Positions 21,379 to 37,705 of a stretch of 64,000 nucleotides of DNA are shown one piece after another; position 1 is the stretch's first letter, and each line of letters begins with the position of its first letter. The position numbers and the translations under genes were made by a program. Where the stretch lies: the NCBI GenBank assembly GCA_964247055.1, contig OZ176057.1, positions 6,138,001 to 6,202,000 of the forward strand, in the 5' to 3' direction. The stretch comes from Paragordius varius. Its lineage: Eukaryota > Animalia > Nematomorpha. Below the pieces are notes generated by a model. It saw nothing but the letters and a program-made list of their open reading frames with translations. It searched no databases and was not told the DNA's origin.

Positions 21379-24300
21379 CTGTGTTACAGTGAGGGGGAAT
21401 ATTACAAATATTTTGCACAGTTAATAATATACCCTCCTCAAATTTTCAAAAGCATCTATGCACACGTCAACCTAAATTAAATTTATAATTTAATATACTG
21501 TGCAAGTTTGTAAGCCAAAATCAGCGATTTGCTCAACAATATTTTAGCATAATTGGTGTTTCTGGCAAATTATATATCCCACATCTTAGGAATAATTTAA
21601 AATTTTGAAGTAAAATGACATGATATCCATTTATTATGTATTTGATAATAGAATTTCCAAATATTTTTTCATTATTAAGAAGGCTAAGATTTCCGTGGAA
21701 TAACTTTGAATTGACAATGACATCGGTATAATCGGAGTGATAACCAGATGAATTAAATGAACTTGTGCGTTCCATGTGCAAAATTTAATATATCATATTT
21801 ATGCAGGCAATACATTAATTATATAGCACCCCATATAAAATATATTAGCATATTCCAACCAATTCCGCTGATTTAATAGTTAAAGAGAGCATATAACATA
21901 GAATTGAGCTAATAAAGAAAATCAAAATTAATTAAAAAGAAGATCTAAGGACAAGCTTAAGTGTTTACAGAATTGTCAGTTTATGTAATTTGCAATTTGG
22001 AAAACCAGAGTACATATAATATGGATTTATTGAGTGGTTTGAGCACCTATGATTGCAATCAGAAAAATATTTATATGTAAATGCTGATTGAAAAACCTAA
22101 TTTGAAGGCTTTAGGCCTTCTTCTCCAATGGCAACCAGGGATGGGGACGTGAATCAAGACTATCAACCATGGATTGTTACGCGAATCAAGGAACGAACCG
22201 AAGGGATCTTTTATGAGGTAAATCTATCATTTAGGTGTGATCTCCGCGGGAAAAGCGTACATTACGGAATCTAGAAGCCCTGGACAGATCAAATGCTGGG
22301 GATTTGGGACTGGACGATTGATGGAGCGACACAGGAAGAGGAACCTACTAATTGCGAGGTAATCTTAATTTTTAGGTCTGGGTGGACTTTGGCACATTGG
22401 GGAGGAGAGATCTGTTGGGATGAAGCTCTTGGGAATGTCCAGATGGGGAGAAGGCAAATCGTGCCTGGAGCTGATGGATGGCAAGACGCACTCAAGTATC
22501 TCATTGGGGATGATTGCACAACAAACTCTCATTATACTTGTGGAGAGTTTTTGGGCCAAATGACTCTCTAATGGGAGGAATAAATCCTCCTTTACAAGGG
22601 TGGGGAAAATGAGCTCGTTTGAAAGAGTTTTTTTCCTTACTTGTGTTAAGGAGCATTTATTTCTCCCATTAGAGAGTTGGCGCAAAAACTCTCCACAAGT
22701 ATAATGAGAGTTTGTTGCAGGCCCGCAAGTCCAAAATTGTATTTTGAGCACTCTTACTCCCGGACGCTCAAAATAAAATTTTGGACTTAGAATATTTTTT
22801 AATTTTTTTTCTCGCCCTTTGGGGGGGGGGGGGGTTATATATATTTATTTATATTTTTTAATTTTTTTTTAATCAAAAAATCATAATAAAATCAGGATTA
22901 TTTATTAACAAATATTATTATTTAATATTAAAAATATCATTCTTGTCTAGTCTTGAGTTATTCTTGATTTTCTGTCAATTTGTTATATCCAGTTTTTGTA
23001 TCATTTTTGAATATTCATTTATCGTTGTTGAGATTATTTAGATAGTTTCAGAATCTATAAAATTGTTTTTATTTATTTATAAAAAATATTCATTTTCTTT
23101 GATATAGTATCTTGTCTAGTTAGCTCTCATGATTTTGGGTCAATTCATCATTTTAATTAATTTCATATATTATTAATACTTTAATCCTAAATAACAAAAG
23201 AATTATATGAAATTTATCCTAAAAAATTTAAAGTTTTAAAGAAATTAGCTGTTTATGTCAGAGGTTTTTGCGATAATAGCGGAAAAATTAGCGTTAAAAA
23301 TGTTTGTGATAAAGTTCGAACTTAAAACCTGAAACAACCAATACATTAATAAATTTACCGACTTTTTTAAGAACTTTACCCTAACTTAAACCTCGAAACC
23401 CTAAATGTAGTTAAAAAGAGTTTTTTAAAAAAATCAAAAACCTTAATAAAGAGAGGCTATTTTTGTGAGAAGAGAAAAGTCAGAAAAAATAGAAAATGAC
23501 CTGCTCCCTATTTCAAAGTAATGGCTATCATTAAAAAAAGGAAATTCAGAGATTTAGTTAGGTTATATAAATTTATAAATGAACCAACTCCAATCCCTCT
23601 CCCTAACTCTAGCCCACAAACTCAAAACCCTTAAAGTGGTTTAAACCGAGATCGATAAAAATTTTACTCAAAAACCGAAATATAAACTTAAAATCTCAAA
23701 ATAGGTTTTAGAGATAAATATTGAGGTTTTTAAAACCAGCTGTATTTGAATAAAGATATCAGTAATATAATCTGTTAAAAAAAACTCTGGTTTTCAAACA
23801 AAATAGAGTCTTTTATTATTATAGATAAAATAATTAACAAAAAAAATAGGTCAGAAATTATAAAAAATGAGAATAATGTGCTCCCTATTTTATAATTATG
23901 AATATCATTTAAACCAATCTGCAAAATTCTGAGACAAAGATTTAATTTAAAAAGAAACCGAGGAAGTCCTGCGGACTTCTTTAAGAAAATGAACCAACTC
24001 CAACCCCTCACCCTAACCCTAGCCCAGAAACTCGAAAAACCTTATAGTTCTTTAAACCTAAATCAATAAATTTTGCTCAAAAACCATAATAACAGCTTTA
24101 AAGGGTCATAAGAAATGAGATAAAGATTTACTCACAAGTATTAGCGGTAATAGGTTAGAGTTTAACATTGACGTTTTGTAAATTTAAATTTTAAACCAGC
24201 TTAAACGACTCATATTACACCAAAAACACGTGATACTTTAATCCTAATAAAAAGAATTGTATGAAATTTATCCTAAAAAATAAAAAGTTTCAAAGAAATC

Positions 24301-26982
24301 AGCTGTCTATGTCAGAGGTTTTTGCGTAAATACCTCAAACAACCAATATATAAATTAATTTGCGGACTTCTTTAAGAACCTGACCCTAACTTAAAACTAG
24401 AAACCATAAATGTAGTTAAAAAAGAGTTTTCTAAAAATTTTATTCAAATATAATCAAGAGAGCATTTTTTTGTTAGAAGAGAAAAGTCAAAAAAAAGGTT
24501 ATATAAATTTATAGAATAGAAATGCGCTCCAATCCCTCACCCTAACCCTAGCCCACAAACTCGAAACCCTTAAAGTGCTTTAAACCTGATTAATTAAAAC
24601 ATCTGATTCTTAAAAACAAATAATAATTAAAAACAACAGATTTATTAAAACAACTGATTTATAAAAACAACTGATTGATATAAACAAACGATAAATTAAA
24701 ACAAACGATAAATAAAAACAACTGAAGAACTGATTAATGATAAATAATCATTTAAATACAAATAATTAATAAACACAAATAATAAAACTTATTAATTAAA
24801 ACAACTGATTAATTAAAACAACTGATTAATACAACAGATTTATCTGAATAATAAGGAAAAAATAAAAAATATTTATACAATTGGTTATTAATAACGTAAA
24901 AAGTAACTAAAAATATATACGTAAATAGTTTAATTGGTATGGCAGCAATGAAGTGGATACTATATTGTTTCCTAAAAATAAAATAAAATATAAAGTCAAA
25001 ACAAATAATCACATAAAAATAAATATCTTGAAACTATTAAATAATTATAGGTATCAAATTCAAAAAACAGCTGATCAAGAAAAATGGTTATTTAAAAAAA
25101 TTTATAAAGTTTGTTATAAAAAAGTGATATTTTGTTATTTTGCGGTAAAAATTAAAGGAACAATATTATATATCTTAATAAAAATAACTAATTTGTTTTA
25201 AATCAAAAATTTATTATAAATAGTTAATTTATTAAAAAAATGATTAATTAAATCAATTATATTATTATATATGCAATAATTCAGCAAAAATTATATAAAT
25301 TTATTATAATATTTCGATTACTACAGGTAATCTTTGTCAAACGTAAAAATAAAATTAAATTCTTTAATTAAAGAGCATTAAAATCGACTCATCAATTTTA
25401 TTAAAAAAAGTAGTTATTTTGAGAAAAAAATGTAAAGTTGAAAAACTAGTAAAAAAATCTGTTCTAAAATTTAATCTAAATATAATTAATTACCAAGTTC
25501 ATCCATAATATTCAATTACGCTTTTTCAATAGACTTCGTTTACGTTTCGGGCTGCTGATTACATAAACAACACATTCTACAGTAAATTAAAGAAAAATGT
25601 AATAATTAAGGATTAAATATTATGTTACAATAATAAATAAAAAAAATTTACAAACGATAGAAAATTTATATTCTACATACTCTACATATTCTTTTTAAAA
25701 AAATTTCAACTATCTTTAGAATATCTCAAGTTAACCAATTGAAAACAACTGTAAGATAAAACCAATTATTACAAACTGATTAAAAACAACTAATAAACAG
25801 GTGATAAATGCTAATTACATAAAAAAAGTTGATTATGATAATATGGATTTATACAGAATTTATAAAACAAAACAATTGGATTAACAAAAATACTTAAATA
25901 ATATTCAAAATTTATCAACAAAATATAAAATAATAATTACCCAATTCCCAAAACATTCCAGGTATTTCTACATCAGTTTTGTTGAAGTCAGTCCTGCGTA
26001 CTTCTGTAAGACATCACACATTCTAAACAAAAAAAATAGTATGTTACAATATATTGAGATTAATATTATAAAAATGCTATTTAAAATGGCTAGCTAATTG
26101 GTTAAAATAATAAAATTTATAAAAAAAAAGGTGGCATATGTTTGCAGAAAAACAATTTTGCGGTTTTAAAAAAGTTTGCCATTTTTTAAAGAATTTCAGC
26201 GCATTTTTGATTTAAAAAGAATATTTACGCTTTTTAAACAATATTGAAAGTTTTTAGAGAGCTTTAGTGGTTTTTAGAAAACTTTTAGGGATTTTAAATT
26301 TTTTAGCAATTTTAAGAGAATTTCAAGCGCATTTGTTTGATTTAAAAGGAATTTTAGCTATATTTTAAAAATTTTAGCATTTTAAGAAAGTTTTAGCGGT
26401 TTTAAGGAAGTTTTATCATTACATTGTTATCCGGTTATTAAATTGTAACCGGTTTTTAGAATATTTCTAAAGAAGTAGACTTTTAGCTGGTTGGAGCGTT
26501 TTTAGAAAGTTTAAGCGGTTTTAGAAAATTTTAGCGGTTTTTAGAGAATTTCAAACGCATTTTTTATTTAAAAGGAATTTTAGCGGTTTTTAGAAAGTTT
26601 TAGAGGTTTTTAAGAAATTTTAGCAATTTTTAGAGAATTTCAAACTTTTTTGATTTAAAAGGAATTTTAGCGGTTTTTATAAGGTTTTAGCGGTTTTTAT
26701 AAGGTTTTAGCGGTTTTTATAAGGTTTTAGCGGTTTTTATAAGGTTTTAGCGGTTTTTATAAAATTTTAGCGGTTTTTAGGAAATTTTAGCGATTTTAAG
26801 AGAATTAAACGCATTATTTTGAGTTAAAAGGAATTTTAGCGATATTTTAAAAATTTTAGCCATTTTTAGGATGTTTTAGCGGTTTTAAAGAGAGTTTTAG
26901 CGGTTTTTTAATTCGGTTTTTAATATAACTTTTTAGATAGTTTTGGCGGTTTTTAGATAAACTTATAATTATAATCAACATA

Positions 26983-28354
26983 ATAAAAAAAACTGATTAT
27001 AAGAACTGATTAATAAAAACAACTGATTTATAAAAACAACTGATTTATAAAAACAACTGATTTATAAAAACAACTGATTTATAAAAACAACTGATTTATA
27101 AAAACAACTCATTTATAAAAACAACTCATTTATAAAAACAACTCATTTATAAAAACAACTGATTTATAAAAATAACTGATTTATAAAAACAAATGATTAA
27201 TAAAAACAAATGATTAATAAAAACAACTGATTAATACAACTGATTAATAAAATCAACTGATTAATAAAATCAACTGATTAATAAAATCAACTGATTAATA
27301 AAATCAACTGATTAATAAAATCAACTGATTAATAAAACAACTGATTAATAAAATCAACTAATTAATTAAAACAACTGATTAATAAAAACAACTGATTAAT
27401 AAAAACAACTGATTAATAAAAACAAATGATTAATAAACACAACTGATTAATAAAAACAACTGATTAATAAAAACAACTGATTAATAAAAACAACTGATTA
27501 ATAAAAACAACTCATTAATTAAAACAATTGTAATTAAAAACAACTGATTAATAAAAACAACTGATTAATAAAAACAACTGATTAATAAAAACAACTGATT
27601 AATAAAAACAACTGATTAATAAAAACAACTGATTAATAAACACAACTGATTAATAAACACAACTGATTAATAAAAACAACTGATTAATAAAAACAACTGA
27701 TTAATAAAAACAACTGATTAATAAAAACAACTGATTAATAAAAACAACTGCTTAATAAAAACAACTGATTAATTAAAACAACTGATTAATTAAAACAACT
27801 GATTAATTAAAACAACTGATTAATTAAAACAACTGATTAATTAAAACAACTGATTAATTAAAACAACTGATTAATTTAAACAACTGATTAATTTAAACAA
27901 CTGATTAATAAAAACAACTGATTAATCAAAACAAATGAATAATTAAAATAACTAGTTGAATAAAAACAACTGATTAATAAAAACAACTGTTTAATTAAAA
28001 CTGATTAATAAAAACAATTGAATAATTAAAATAACTAGTTGAATAAAAATAACTGTTAATAAAATAAATGATTAATAACAACTGATTAATAAAAATAACT
28101 GATTAATTAAAACAACTGATTAATTAAAACAACTGATTAATAAAAACAAATGATTATTTAAAACAATTTAAAACAACTGATTAATAAAAACAACTGATTA
28201 ATAAAAACAACTGATTAATAAAAACAACTGATTAATAAAAACAACTGATTAATAAAAACAACTGATTAATTAAAACAACTGATTAATTAAAACAACTGAT
28301 TAATTAAAACAAATGATTACTAAAACAATGATTAATAAAAACAACTGATTAAAA
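26983..28354. repeat. 17-bp minisatellite, copy
   Basis: Copy at +16182. Confidence 0.96.
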
Positions 28355-28881
28355 ATCTTTTAAAATTATTTTAAAAAATTCAACGGTTTCAATAATGTTA
28401 AATATATATTTTAAAATAAAATTTCTGTTTAATATAACTATAATAATAAATTACTTATTTGAATTATAAAACAGTAAAAAAATTACCGAATTCCGAAATA
28501 TCAAGTTAAAATCTATTCATTTATGATTCGTTTCAGTTTTTCCGCAAATAATTGATTGAGGCAATACATTCTAAAAAAATAAATATATAAATTGATAAAT
28601 ATAAACGATTAATTACAATATAATAATTCAAAAAAACGCTATTTAAGAATGAATGATATGTTTTGTGTTTAAATATTTAAAAAACCGATTTGCGGACATT
28701 TTATTAAGCAATTTTGTAGAATTGAGTGAAGTCATATATACAATTTAAGCATTTTTCAAAAAACTTGCGATTTTTAGGCAATTATTATTATCTACAACAT
28801 TTGGATTTATAGGCATATTTTTAACTAATTTTTACCTAATTATAAGTATATTTTTAGCAGATTATAAGTATATTTTAACTG

Positions 28882-29802
28882 ATTTTAAGGAAATTTTTAG
28901 CAAATATTAACAAAAGTTTAATCGATTTTTAACAAATATTAAGGCAACTTTAACCGATTTTTAGCAAATTTTAAGGAAACTTTAACCGATTAGCAAATTT
29001 TAAGGAAACTTTAACCGATTTTTAGCAAATTTTAAGGAAACTTTAACCGATTTTTAGCAAATTTTAAGACAAATTTTAACCGATTTTTAGCAAATTTTAA
29101 GAAAACTTTAACCGATTTTTAGCAAATTTTAAGGAAACTTTAACCGATTAGCAAATTTTAAGGAAACTTTAACCGATTAGCAAATTTTAAGGAAACTTTA
29201 ACCGATTATTAGCAGATTTTAGAAATGTTTAACCGATTTTTAGCAAATTTTAAGGAAACTTTAACCGATTTTTAGCAAATTTTAAGAAAACTTTAACCGA
29301 TTAGCAAATTTTAAGAAACTTTAACCGATTTTTAGCAAATTTTAAGGAAACTTTAACCGATTTTTAGCAAATTTTAAGAAAACTTTAACCGATTTTTAGC
29401 AAATTTTAAGGAAACTTTAACCGATTAGCAAATTTTAAGGAAACTTTAACCGATTAGCAAATTTTAAGGAAACTTTAATCGATTTTTAGCAAATTTTAAG
29501 GAAACTTTAATCGATTTTTAGCAAATTTTAAGAAAAGTTTAATGGATTTTTAGCAAATTTTAAGAAAACTTTAACGGATTTTTAGCAAATTTTAAGGATA
29601 CTTTAACCGATTTTTAGCAAATTTTAAGGTAACTTTAACCAATTTTTAGCAAATTTTAAGGAAATTTTAACCGATTTTTAGCAAATTTTAAGGTAACTTT
29701 AACCAATTTTTAGCAAATTTTAAGAAAACTTTAACCGATTTTTAACAAATTTTAAGGAAATTTTAACCGATTTTTGAAATTTACAACCTTTAACCAATTT
29801 TT
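28882..29802. repeat. 32/29-bp minisatellite, copy
   Basis: Copy at +16182. Confidence 0.95.
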
Positions 29803-32800
29803 ATAACTTCTAATTGATTTTTAAACAATTTCTCACTTTTTTTAACAAACTTTTAACAGTTTTTAATAATTTTAGTATATATTTGCGAAACTTTAAAACC
29901 ATTTTTATTATTTTTTAAACTACCTTAAGAAGTTTTATGCATGAAAAAATAGAAGACATGAAAAGAAGGCGTTATATCAATGAATAAACGTCAGAAAATC
30001 CCAAGAAACCAATTTGTTGTGCATATTTAAATACTAGGAATTTTTTAGAGGAGAGGTGGCCAACACGCTGCTCTCCAAAATATTGAGACTGCACGAGTTT
30101 TAAGAAAATTTAAGGGAAATTCACTATCTTAAACAAATTTCTGAACGGAATTTTAAGGAATTTTGACAATTTCCCAAAAAATGATAATAAAATAGTGGTT
30201 TCTACAGCATCATTTTTTATATCTAATAAAATTTTAGTTAATGCGGCCCGCGAAGCCATATAATATGAATTTATTTGTTAAGAAATTAAATTTTATAGGA
30301 CAAGCATGCACAATAACAACATAAGTACGTACACCTTTATATGTTAACATTTCCTCTCCCTTATCAAAATTTTTTTACATGATTTTAGAGAAAAAAATTC
30401 AATACAAAAATATTTTACCAAGTGCTAAATATGTAAAATTATTTTAAATTGCAAGGATATTTTAGATTTCAAAACAGGCAAGCATCTAAATAATTTTAAC
30501 AAATGTTCACCTTTCTATTTATTTCATCTTCCTTAAACAAATGAAAAAAAAATAAATTATAAAAGATCAAGAAACCCACTTGTTAGCAATATATTACTAT
30601 AGTAATTAAACATGTATTTATTTTTTTAAAAAAAATGGAAAATTACAGTATAATTAAAAAAATATTACTGGGTTTGTGTTAATGTATTTGCCAGATAGAA
30701 TTCTCAATTAAATTATAGGCTAATAGCAAGAAAAGATTCTTCTTGTTGAAGTCAATAAATGTTCTTTACTATCAATCGTATCTGACAATATTTTAATGCA
30801 AACCCAGCAATGCATTTGTAATTATACTGTATATATATATATAAAACATGCAAAACTTACATATATTGTTTGATGATTACAATTTTATTGGAACGAATTT
30901 TCCCATCATTTCAGTCGTATAATATCAACCATGTTTGCAATAATTTGTCTTTTAATTGGTGGTTATATTGTACATTGTTTCTAGGATTAGGTTGGACAGT
31001 TTCCTTTTTTTTCAATTAACAATGGTAGTATTCTAATAATTAAATAAAAACAATTTACTTTATATAGATAGTAATGGCAATACATTGTATAGCAAAGGGA
31101 AGTTGCATATGCACCCAATCTATCCACAGGATCTCAAAAAATGTGCGAGGAAAAAAAAATTAAATAAATCAAAAAAAGTAAAATTTTCGCCCTTTATATA
31201 GGCCGAAATGTATATGTAATCTTTTTATCCAATCAAATTAATGTGTGCATTTGCGCCTTTTTCTCCCCCCTTCTGGAAAAATGTTTCTTCACATATCTTT
31301 CGTTTCCCTCTCTTATTATTCCTATTATGTATTATATTACTTATTCCCTCCCTTTCTTTACTGCGCATTAACATTGTTTGGGCGCCTCTATTTTATTATT
31401 CCCTCTCCCCCCCATGTGCACATTCCAATAAAACATATTACATTATAATATAGCATCCATCCATCCATCATATATATATAAATAAATCTTTTTTCATTAT
31501 TACAATAATAATGTTATTTGGCTGGCGCCTATAAAGAATGTAAATCGTATTCAGAGAAAAATATGTTAAAAAAATATGGCAATAATATTTTAACAATCTC
31601 CCTCTCTCTATTAATAATAAATGATAAATTTAAATTTATTTTCATACTTGAATGTTTGATTACACAAATGGCTAATATCATCAAAAATTAATTAATTAAT
31701 TAATTAATCTAATTTGTTTCAATATTAAAATAACAAATTTTAATAGAGGTATTTAAGTTTTAACCTGTGTAATTTGATTAATATATTGGTTCATAATTTA
31801 GTGATCTTGGAATTTTTTTTCTAAAATAACGCAGATGGTTTTTAAAAAGTTTATAGATTATTATCTAAAAGATTTATAATTATTTTAATTTTATGCTTTG
31901 TGCAATCAACTAATATCAATTTAATGTTAAAATCAAATACATCATATAATAAGCTTTCAACAACAAGAGCTCTGATTTTTTTGGATTTCCATTTCATTAA
32001 AATCAATCATCACAGATAGTTTATTTAGGTAAAAGATATTTAAAGTGTGCTTACGATAATTACCAATATATGATAATTCTCTATTAATTTATACTAATAT
32101 ATATATTAATTTTAAAATGGGAATCAATCAAATATAAGTTATTATTCTGTTTTAATTCAATTAAAAAAATATGTAAATAAGATTGAAAATAAGTTATGTC
32201 CTGTGGGGATAAGGGTTAAGGTAAGAAGTTTGGTTTCAGTTTTTAAACAGAAAGCTGAAAATCTGTTTTTCATTAAGAGTTATCTGTATTAAACCAAAAT
32301 TTAAACTTTTTTTATAGCATAGAACGATACAGAATATCTGGGAATGGCTAACTTAACATTCAATAACCTTTAAAAGTGTAATAATTCTCAATTGAGAAAT
32401 GGTTGAATCCTAACAATTTTATTTAAAATTAAAACATCGTTCATGCGAAAATGTCTTTAGAATTAAACAGGAATCAACAGTTTAGGTTAAATATTAACTA
32501 ATCTTTCAAAAATCAATCAAAAGAGTTTCTTCATTTAATAATTATGTATAACCACACGACAATAACATGAACTAACTAAAACACGATATCAATGTTGGAT
32601 AAAAATATCAATAAATTCCTCAACTTTTTTAATAATTAGTTCCCGTTAGCTGAAAAAGCTGAATATAAATCTTATTTTAAAACAATAGGCATTTCAAATT
32701 CTTTACTACGATTTAAAAAACCAATAAAAATATTTGGTTATATGGTAAAAAATGTAAATTATTTCAATCCTTAGTTTATGTAAGGTTTCGAGTTTGTGGG

Positions 32801-35800
32801 CTAGGGTTAGGGTGAGGGATTGGAGTTGGTTCATTTCCTTAAAGAAGTCCGCAGGACTTCCTCGGGCTGCGTAGCAGGCCGAGACCCACGCATTTTCTTT
32901 TTACTTATACCTTATATTTATGGTGGATAATTATGTACTTGAATATAAAAATATCATTTTAACATTATTTATAATAGAGAGATAGGTAAAATATGTTGAA
33001 TTGTTTTAGGAAATAATTAGAGATCGGTGTAAAGAGCATTGGATACATTAAGCTATAAGGAATTACAAAGATTACATAATGTTTACATTTAATTTTTATT
33101 ATCCAAATCTTAATATATATATTATATAGTTTAGGCATAGTTATATAATTTTTATCTACTTTAATGAAAATGTGTTGGCTAAAAATTATTGGCAAGTATT
33201 CTGCTAATTATATATTGATTTTCAAATAAATAAAACTTTTCCAACAAATCTTATATTATTTTTAGATGTTTTTTTAAAAAATTAAAAATTAATTACTATT
33301 TAAAACTAGAATGCTTTGTCCAAACTAGACCACTTAAATTTAAAAATAGGAAATTAATGATAAACATAGCTAAATTCAAAAATTATTTCTTTTTTAATTG
33401 TATATTCATGGCATTATAAGTTTAATTATTAAAAATTTTAGGTTTCTGCAGGAAAAATTGTGCATTGCTCTAAGTTACATGGTGTCAAGAATAAAATGTT
33501 AAATAAGGAAATTATATTTAATCATTAATATATGTGCAAGATTTATTTATATGTTTTTGGCGTCAAATAAGATTCATAGAAATTTTATTTGTAAGCTAAG
33601 GTTAGGTTAGATATTAGAGTTGGTTCATTTATCTAAAAAAGTCCGCAGGACTTCTTCGGGCTGCGAAACAGGCTAAGAACATCCGTTGTTGTTTTAGATT
33701 TAAATTTAATTAAAATCACTATAACATCGCTCATATACAAATACAAAAATTAATTTTATCAAACAAGGATATTATTCCTAACAAAACCATTTATGAAACC
33801 AAAAAATTGGTTATAATATAGTATTTTTATCACAAATAAAAATTCGAAATAGTTTAAAATAAATTTTTCAGATAATAGTAGTAGAACAAAATCAATATTG
33901 AAAGTTCAGCTCTATGTAAGGTATTGCAATTGTTTTAGGTTCAAAAGAAGACTTGTAAAGCAATAAAGTATTAAAATTTAGGTCAAAATATTTAATTTTA
34001 AGGATTGTAAATATCGGTGTTAATACTCTCAATATATATAATAAAGATTAAAAAATGAGGATCTGGTCAACTTGCATATATATATATATTATATAATTTT
34101 ATGAATATATAATTATTTAAAGCTTTTATTATTTTATTTTGGTATAATAGTGATTAATATTGGTAAGCAAATAACCTTGAAATCATAATAATATTTACCC
34201 ATATATATATATATATATATGAATGAGTTATCAGACCTTCACAGATATAATTACCCATGATGTAATATATAAGAGGCATCAATACAATTTAAATATAAAA
34301 TATCCATATTAAAAAAATTTATTTATATTCTCATCTTTATTGGAGTCAAAAATATTTTTGCCATACTACATAAATTATATTTAAACATCAACATTAACGA
34401 TATAAGCTAATTTTATTTAAGTCCAAATTTTTTAATCCAAATTAATTTCTTTTATGCTAGGTGGTATTCATACATACATAAATTCAAAAATTTGCTTCAC
34501 AATACAAAATTACTCTTTCGGGCAGAATGGTTCATTATATGTTTACTTTGTTTCGAAAAAGTTATGGCATTTAGAATGCGTCGTTTAGTTGAAAATATTT
34601 TACAGTTTTCAATGGATTTACGAATTGAACAAACTAAAACTTCAACTTTATTCGAAAAGCAAATGTGGGCCTGATTCCGTATCAAATATGGAAGTTAAGC
34701 GTAATATTTGGATCTTGCAGTATGTAGCAAATATAAATGTTATTTTTGTTTTTACAATTTTGACCTTTGTAAACTTTAATGACAATCAATATATCTACCC
34801 CTTATTTTGCAATTGAAAATGTTTAAAATTTTTTGAAAAATCTTTTAAGTTTGCAAATATGGTTGCCATTTGTAAAAAAAAATAGTTTTTATATTTTATA
34901 ACGTATTTTCCGTGTATTTTTTAATATTTACTGTATATGTAACGATTTTGCTGATAAATATTTCACATATTTGTCTAATTCACTTCCTTAACAAACCAAC
35001 ATTATTTCTAATTAAATCCTTTTTTATCATTTCCTGTTTTTTCTCTATATATCTGTGTAGGAAATCATAGGAACGAACATATATAATCAAAACAAGGCTT
35101 CCTCCCCGTTTTTGCGACAATGTTGCTGGCAAACAATGTCATTACATTATTCTTTAGTCTCATTACATAGGCCTTTTTCAAATTTTGGCTATTGAATTTG
35201 CCTTCATTCCTACTCGATGAAGATATTAAACAGATTTATTCAAATGTTGGCCAAGGATGAAAAGATTTGTGATATTGTGCGCAAACGGAAAAAGAATAAA
35301 AAAGGTATTATTCAAATAATATTTAAAATAAAATTTTTAAATGTGTTCAAGTTTGTTAACTTTGAAGATTTAAAATATACCTTTATTTACTGTGGCAAAG
35401 TTTATTACTTTTTGTAGTTTTGATTACCTTATCGAACTGTATGCGGGTAGATATGGTGGGATATATTGCACTTTAAGAGTGTCCTTGAACACTTCAGGTT
35501 TGTCCTTTGACTTTTTTGTTTTGTTTTTAACTTTTATCTTCCACTCGGACATCATTCAATTTTATCGTTTTTAACTTATTTTTTATTTTAAATTTTAAAT
35601 CAATATCAACTTCATGATTAAGCAAGTTAATCTTTATTAATTCCCTAAAATTATTTGGAATTTATAAGATTTTAACGACTAATTATATATAAGTTTCTGG
35701 TTTATTATTACAATTTTTCATTGAAAACATGTTAAGTTATAATTTTGTTGGATTGGAAAAAATTATTTCATTAAAAAAGTGGTTTTTGAATAAATTATTT

Positions 35801-36479
35801 TTTTTAAATGAATAAATATATAATAAATAAACAGAATTAGGTTAAAAATTAATAAAATAAAACCTACATCCAAAAATTATGGTTAATACAAAATTTAAAA
35901 ATTTTAAGGATTAACTTGAGGTGTTTAAGGACCAACTTGAAGTGTTTAAGGACCGAAGTGTTAAAGGACCAACTTAAAGTGTAACAACTTAGAGTGTCTA
36001 AAGAACTTAAAACGTTTATGGACACTCTGAATAATTTATTTATCACACAAGTCATAAATCAATATTGCAAATATTTTTTAGATGAATTTTTTTAAACTAT
36101 GTTATTGCTTTCACGGTTCCATTTAGGGTATCATAGTGTTCCATGCTCATTTTTGCTTCATTTTTTGTATCAAGCTACTGATTTCAGTACTAAACGGTTT
36201 TTGCAAATCAAAATCATTATTAAAGTCCATTTAGCAGTTTATTTTATTATAAAACTTGATCACGAGAGATGCCTGAAGTCGTATTATGCGTTAACATACA
36301 TTCTTTCATTTCAAATTATGTTGCTAATAATCGGCTTTGATATTAAACTTTATTTTATGTAAAAAAATATAACTAACCTATAAAATTTTGAAACTATGGC
36401 AGAAATTTAGCAATATTCCAAAAAATTTACTTAGATATAAAATTTACCTTAATATAAAACCAAATTGCTTTTGCCCTAG

Positions 36480-37238
36480 GTACAGGTTATCAGCCAGTCC
36501 CCTCAAGCAGTCCAGGAGGTAGTACGACGACCCCAGAATTAAACACGCCACCTAATGAATCTCGTGATTCCGATGATGAAAAAAAGCGTAAAAAAGGAAG
36601 CAGTCATCACAAATCAAAGAGTAGAGGCGATGATAAGGGAACCTCCAAAAAAAGCTCAAAACATGACATTGATGGTATGGATTTATATGGAATTTGTGTT
36701 CATCTAAAATCTTAGTAGATTTATTTTACATGCTGTGTTTGCTAGTCCAATAAGAATATATGTCTGTATAAAGGGGTTTTTTGTAAGTTTCAATAAAATT
36801 TTTGAATAAAATAAAATTTTTGTAAGGAGAGTTTTTACGAAAGTTACAATTCATGGTTAAAAGGATCTGAAATTGGTATCTTTTATGTTAAAAAGTTTCG
36901 TCACTATTCCCTTGCTTTGCAACATACTATGATGGATACTAATTAGACTGATTAACAATATAATTTACCCTAAATCATTTACATATTTAGTAGACAAAAA
37001 AGCCAAGAAAAAAGAAAGTGGCATTAAAATTAGTGCATCAGGGACAACAGACAAAAAATCAAGTAAAACGAAAGATTTGACAAAATCCTCGTCGTCTGGA
37101 ACCAAAAAAGATAAAAAAACCTCTAAAAGTGGAAAACGGGATGAATCACAATCTCCGGCACCCGCAAGTGATTCCAAAGACAAACAAAAGAAAAAAGATA
37201 AAGCCTCGCCTGATAATAAGAAGAAGGGCAAAAAATAG
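36480..37238 (+). CDS. Lys/Ser-rich gene 3' exons, copy (36480-36674, 36991-37238)
   Basis: Copy at +35575. Confidence 0.8.
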
Positions 37239-37705
37239 TGTTTTAACTTTGTTTTTAGGACCGGTCTAGTCCTTAAGATTTGATTGGAACTTGTAATTTT
37301 TAAGCGTTTACTTCATGCATATATCTATCAATTCAAAAGAATTATGTTAAAATAAAGGCCATTTTATACGCATATGATATTTGTAAACTAATGTTTTATT
37401 AGTTGTTAAGATTATCACAAACCTTAAAAACTTTTATTGTTTTGATATATTAAACAGCTATTTGAGTATCAAATCATATTTTACAATATTACTATGATCT
37501 TATATTATATGGACACTAAAATTTTTTTGCCAAAGAATTGAATGTAAATATTAACTAGAATTGTTACCCAAATATAACACTTTTGCAATTTATTCATAAT
37601 ATTTTAATAAATGATATATTGATTTATATAAACTATATAATAGCACAAAAAAGCTAAGAAATTTATAATTTTGGTGTGTTTGAAAAAAATAAAAAATAAA
37701 ATAAA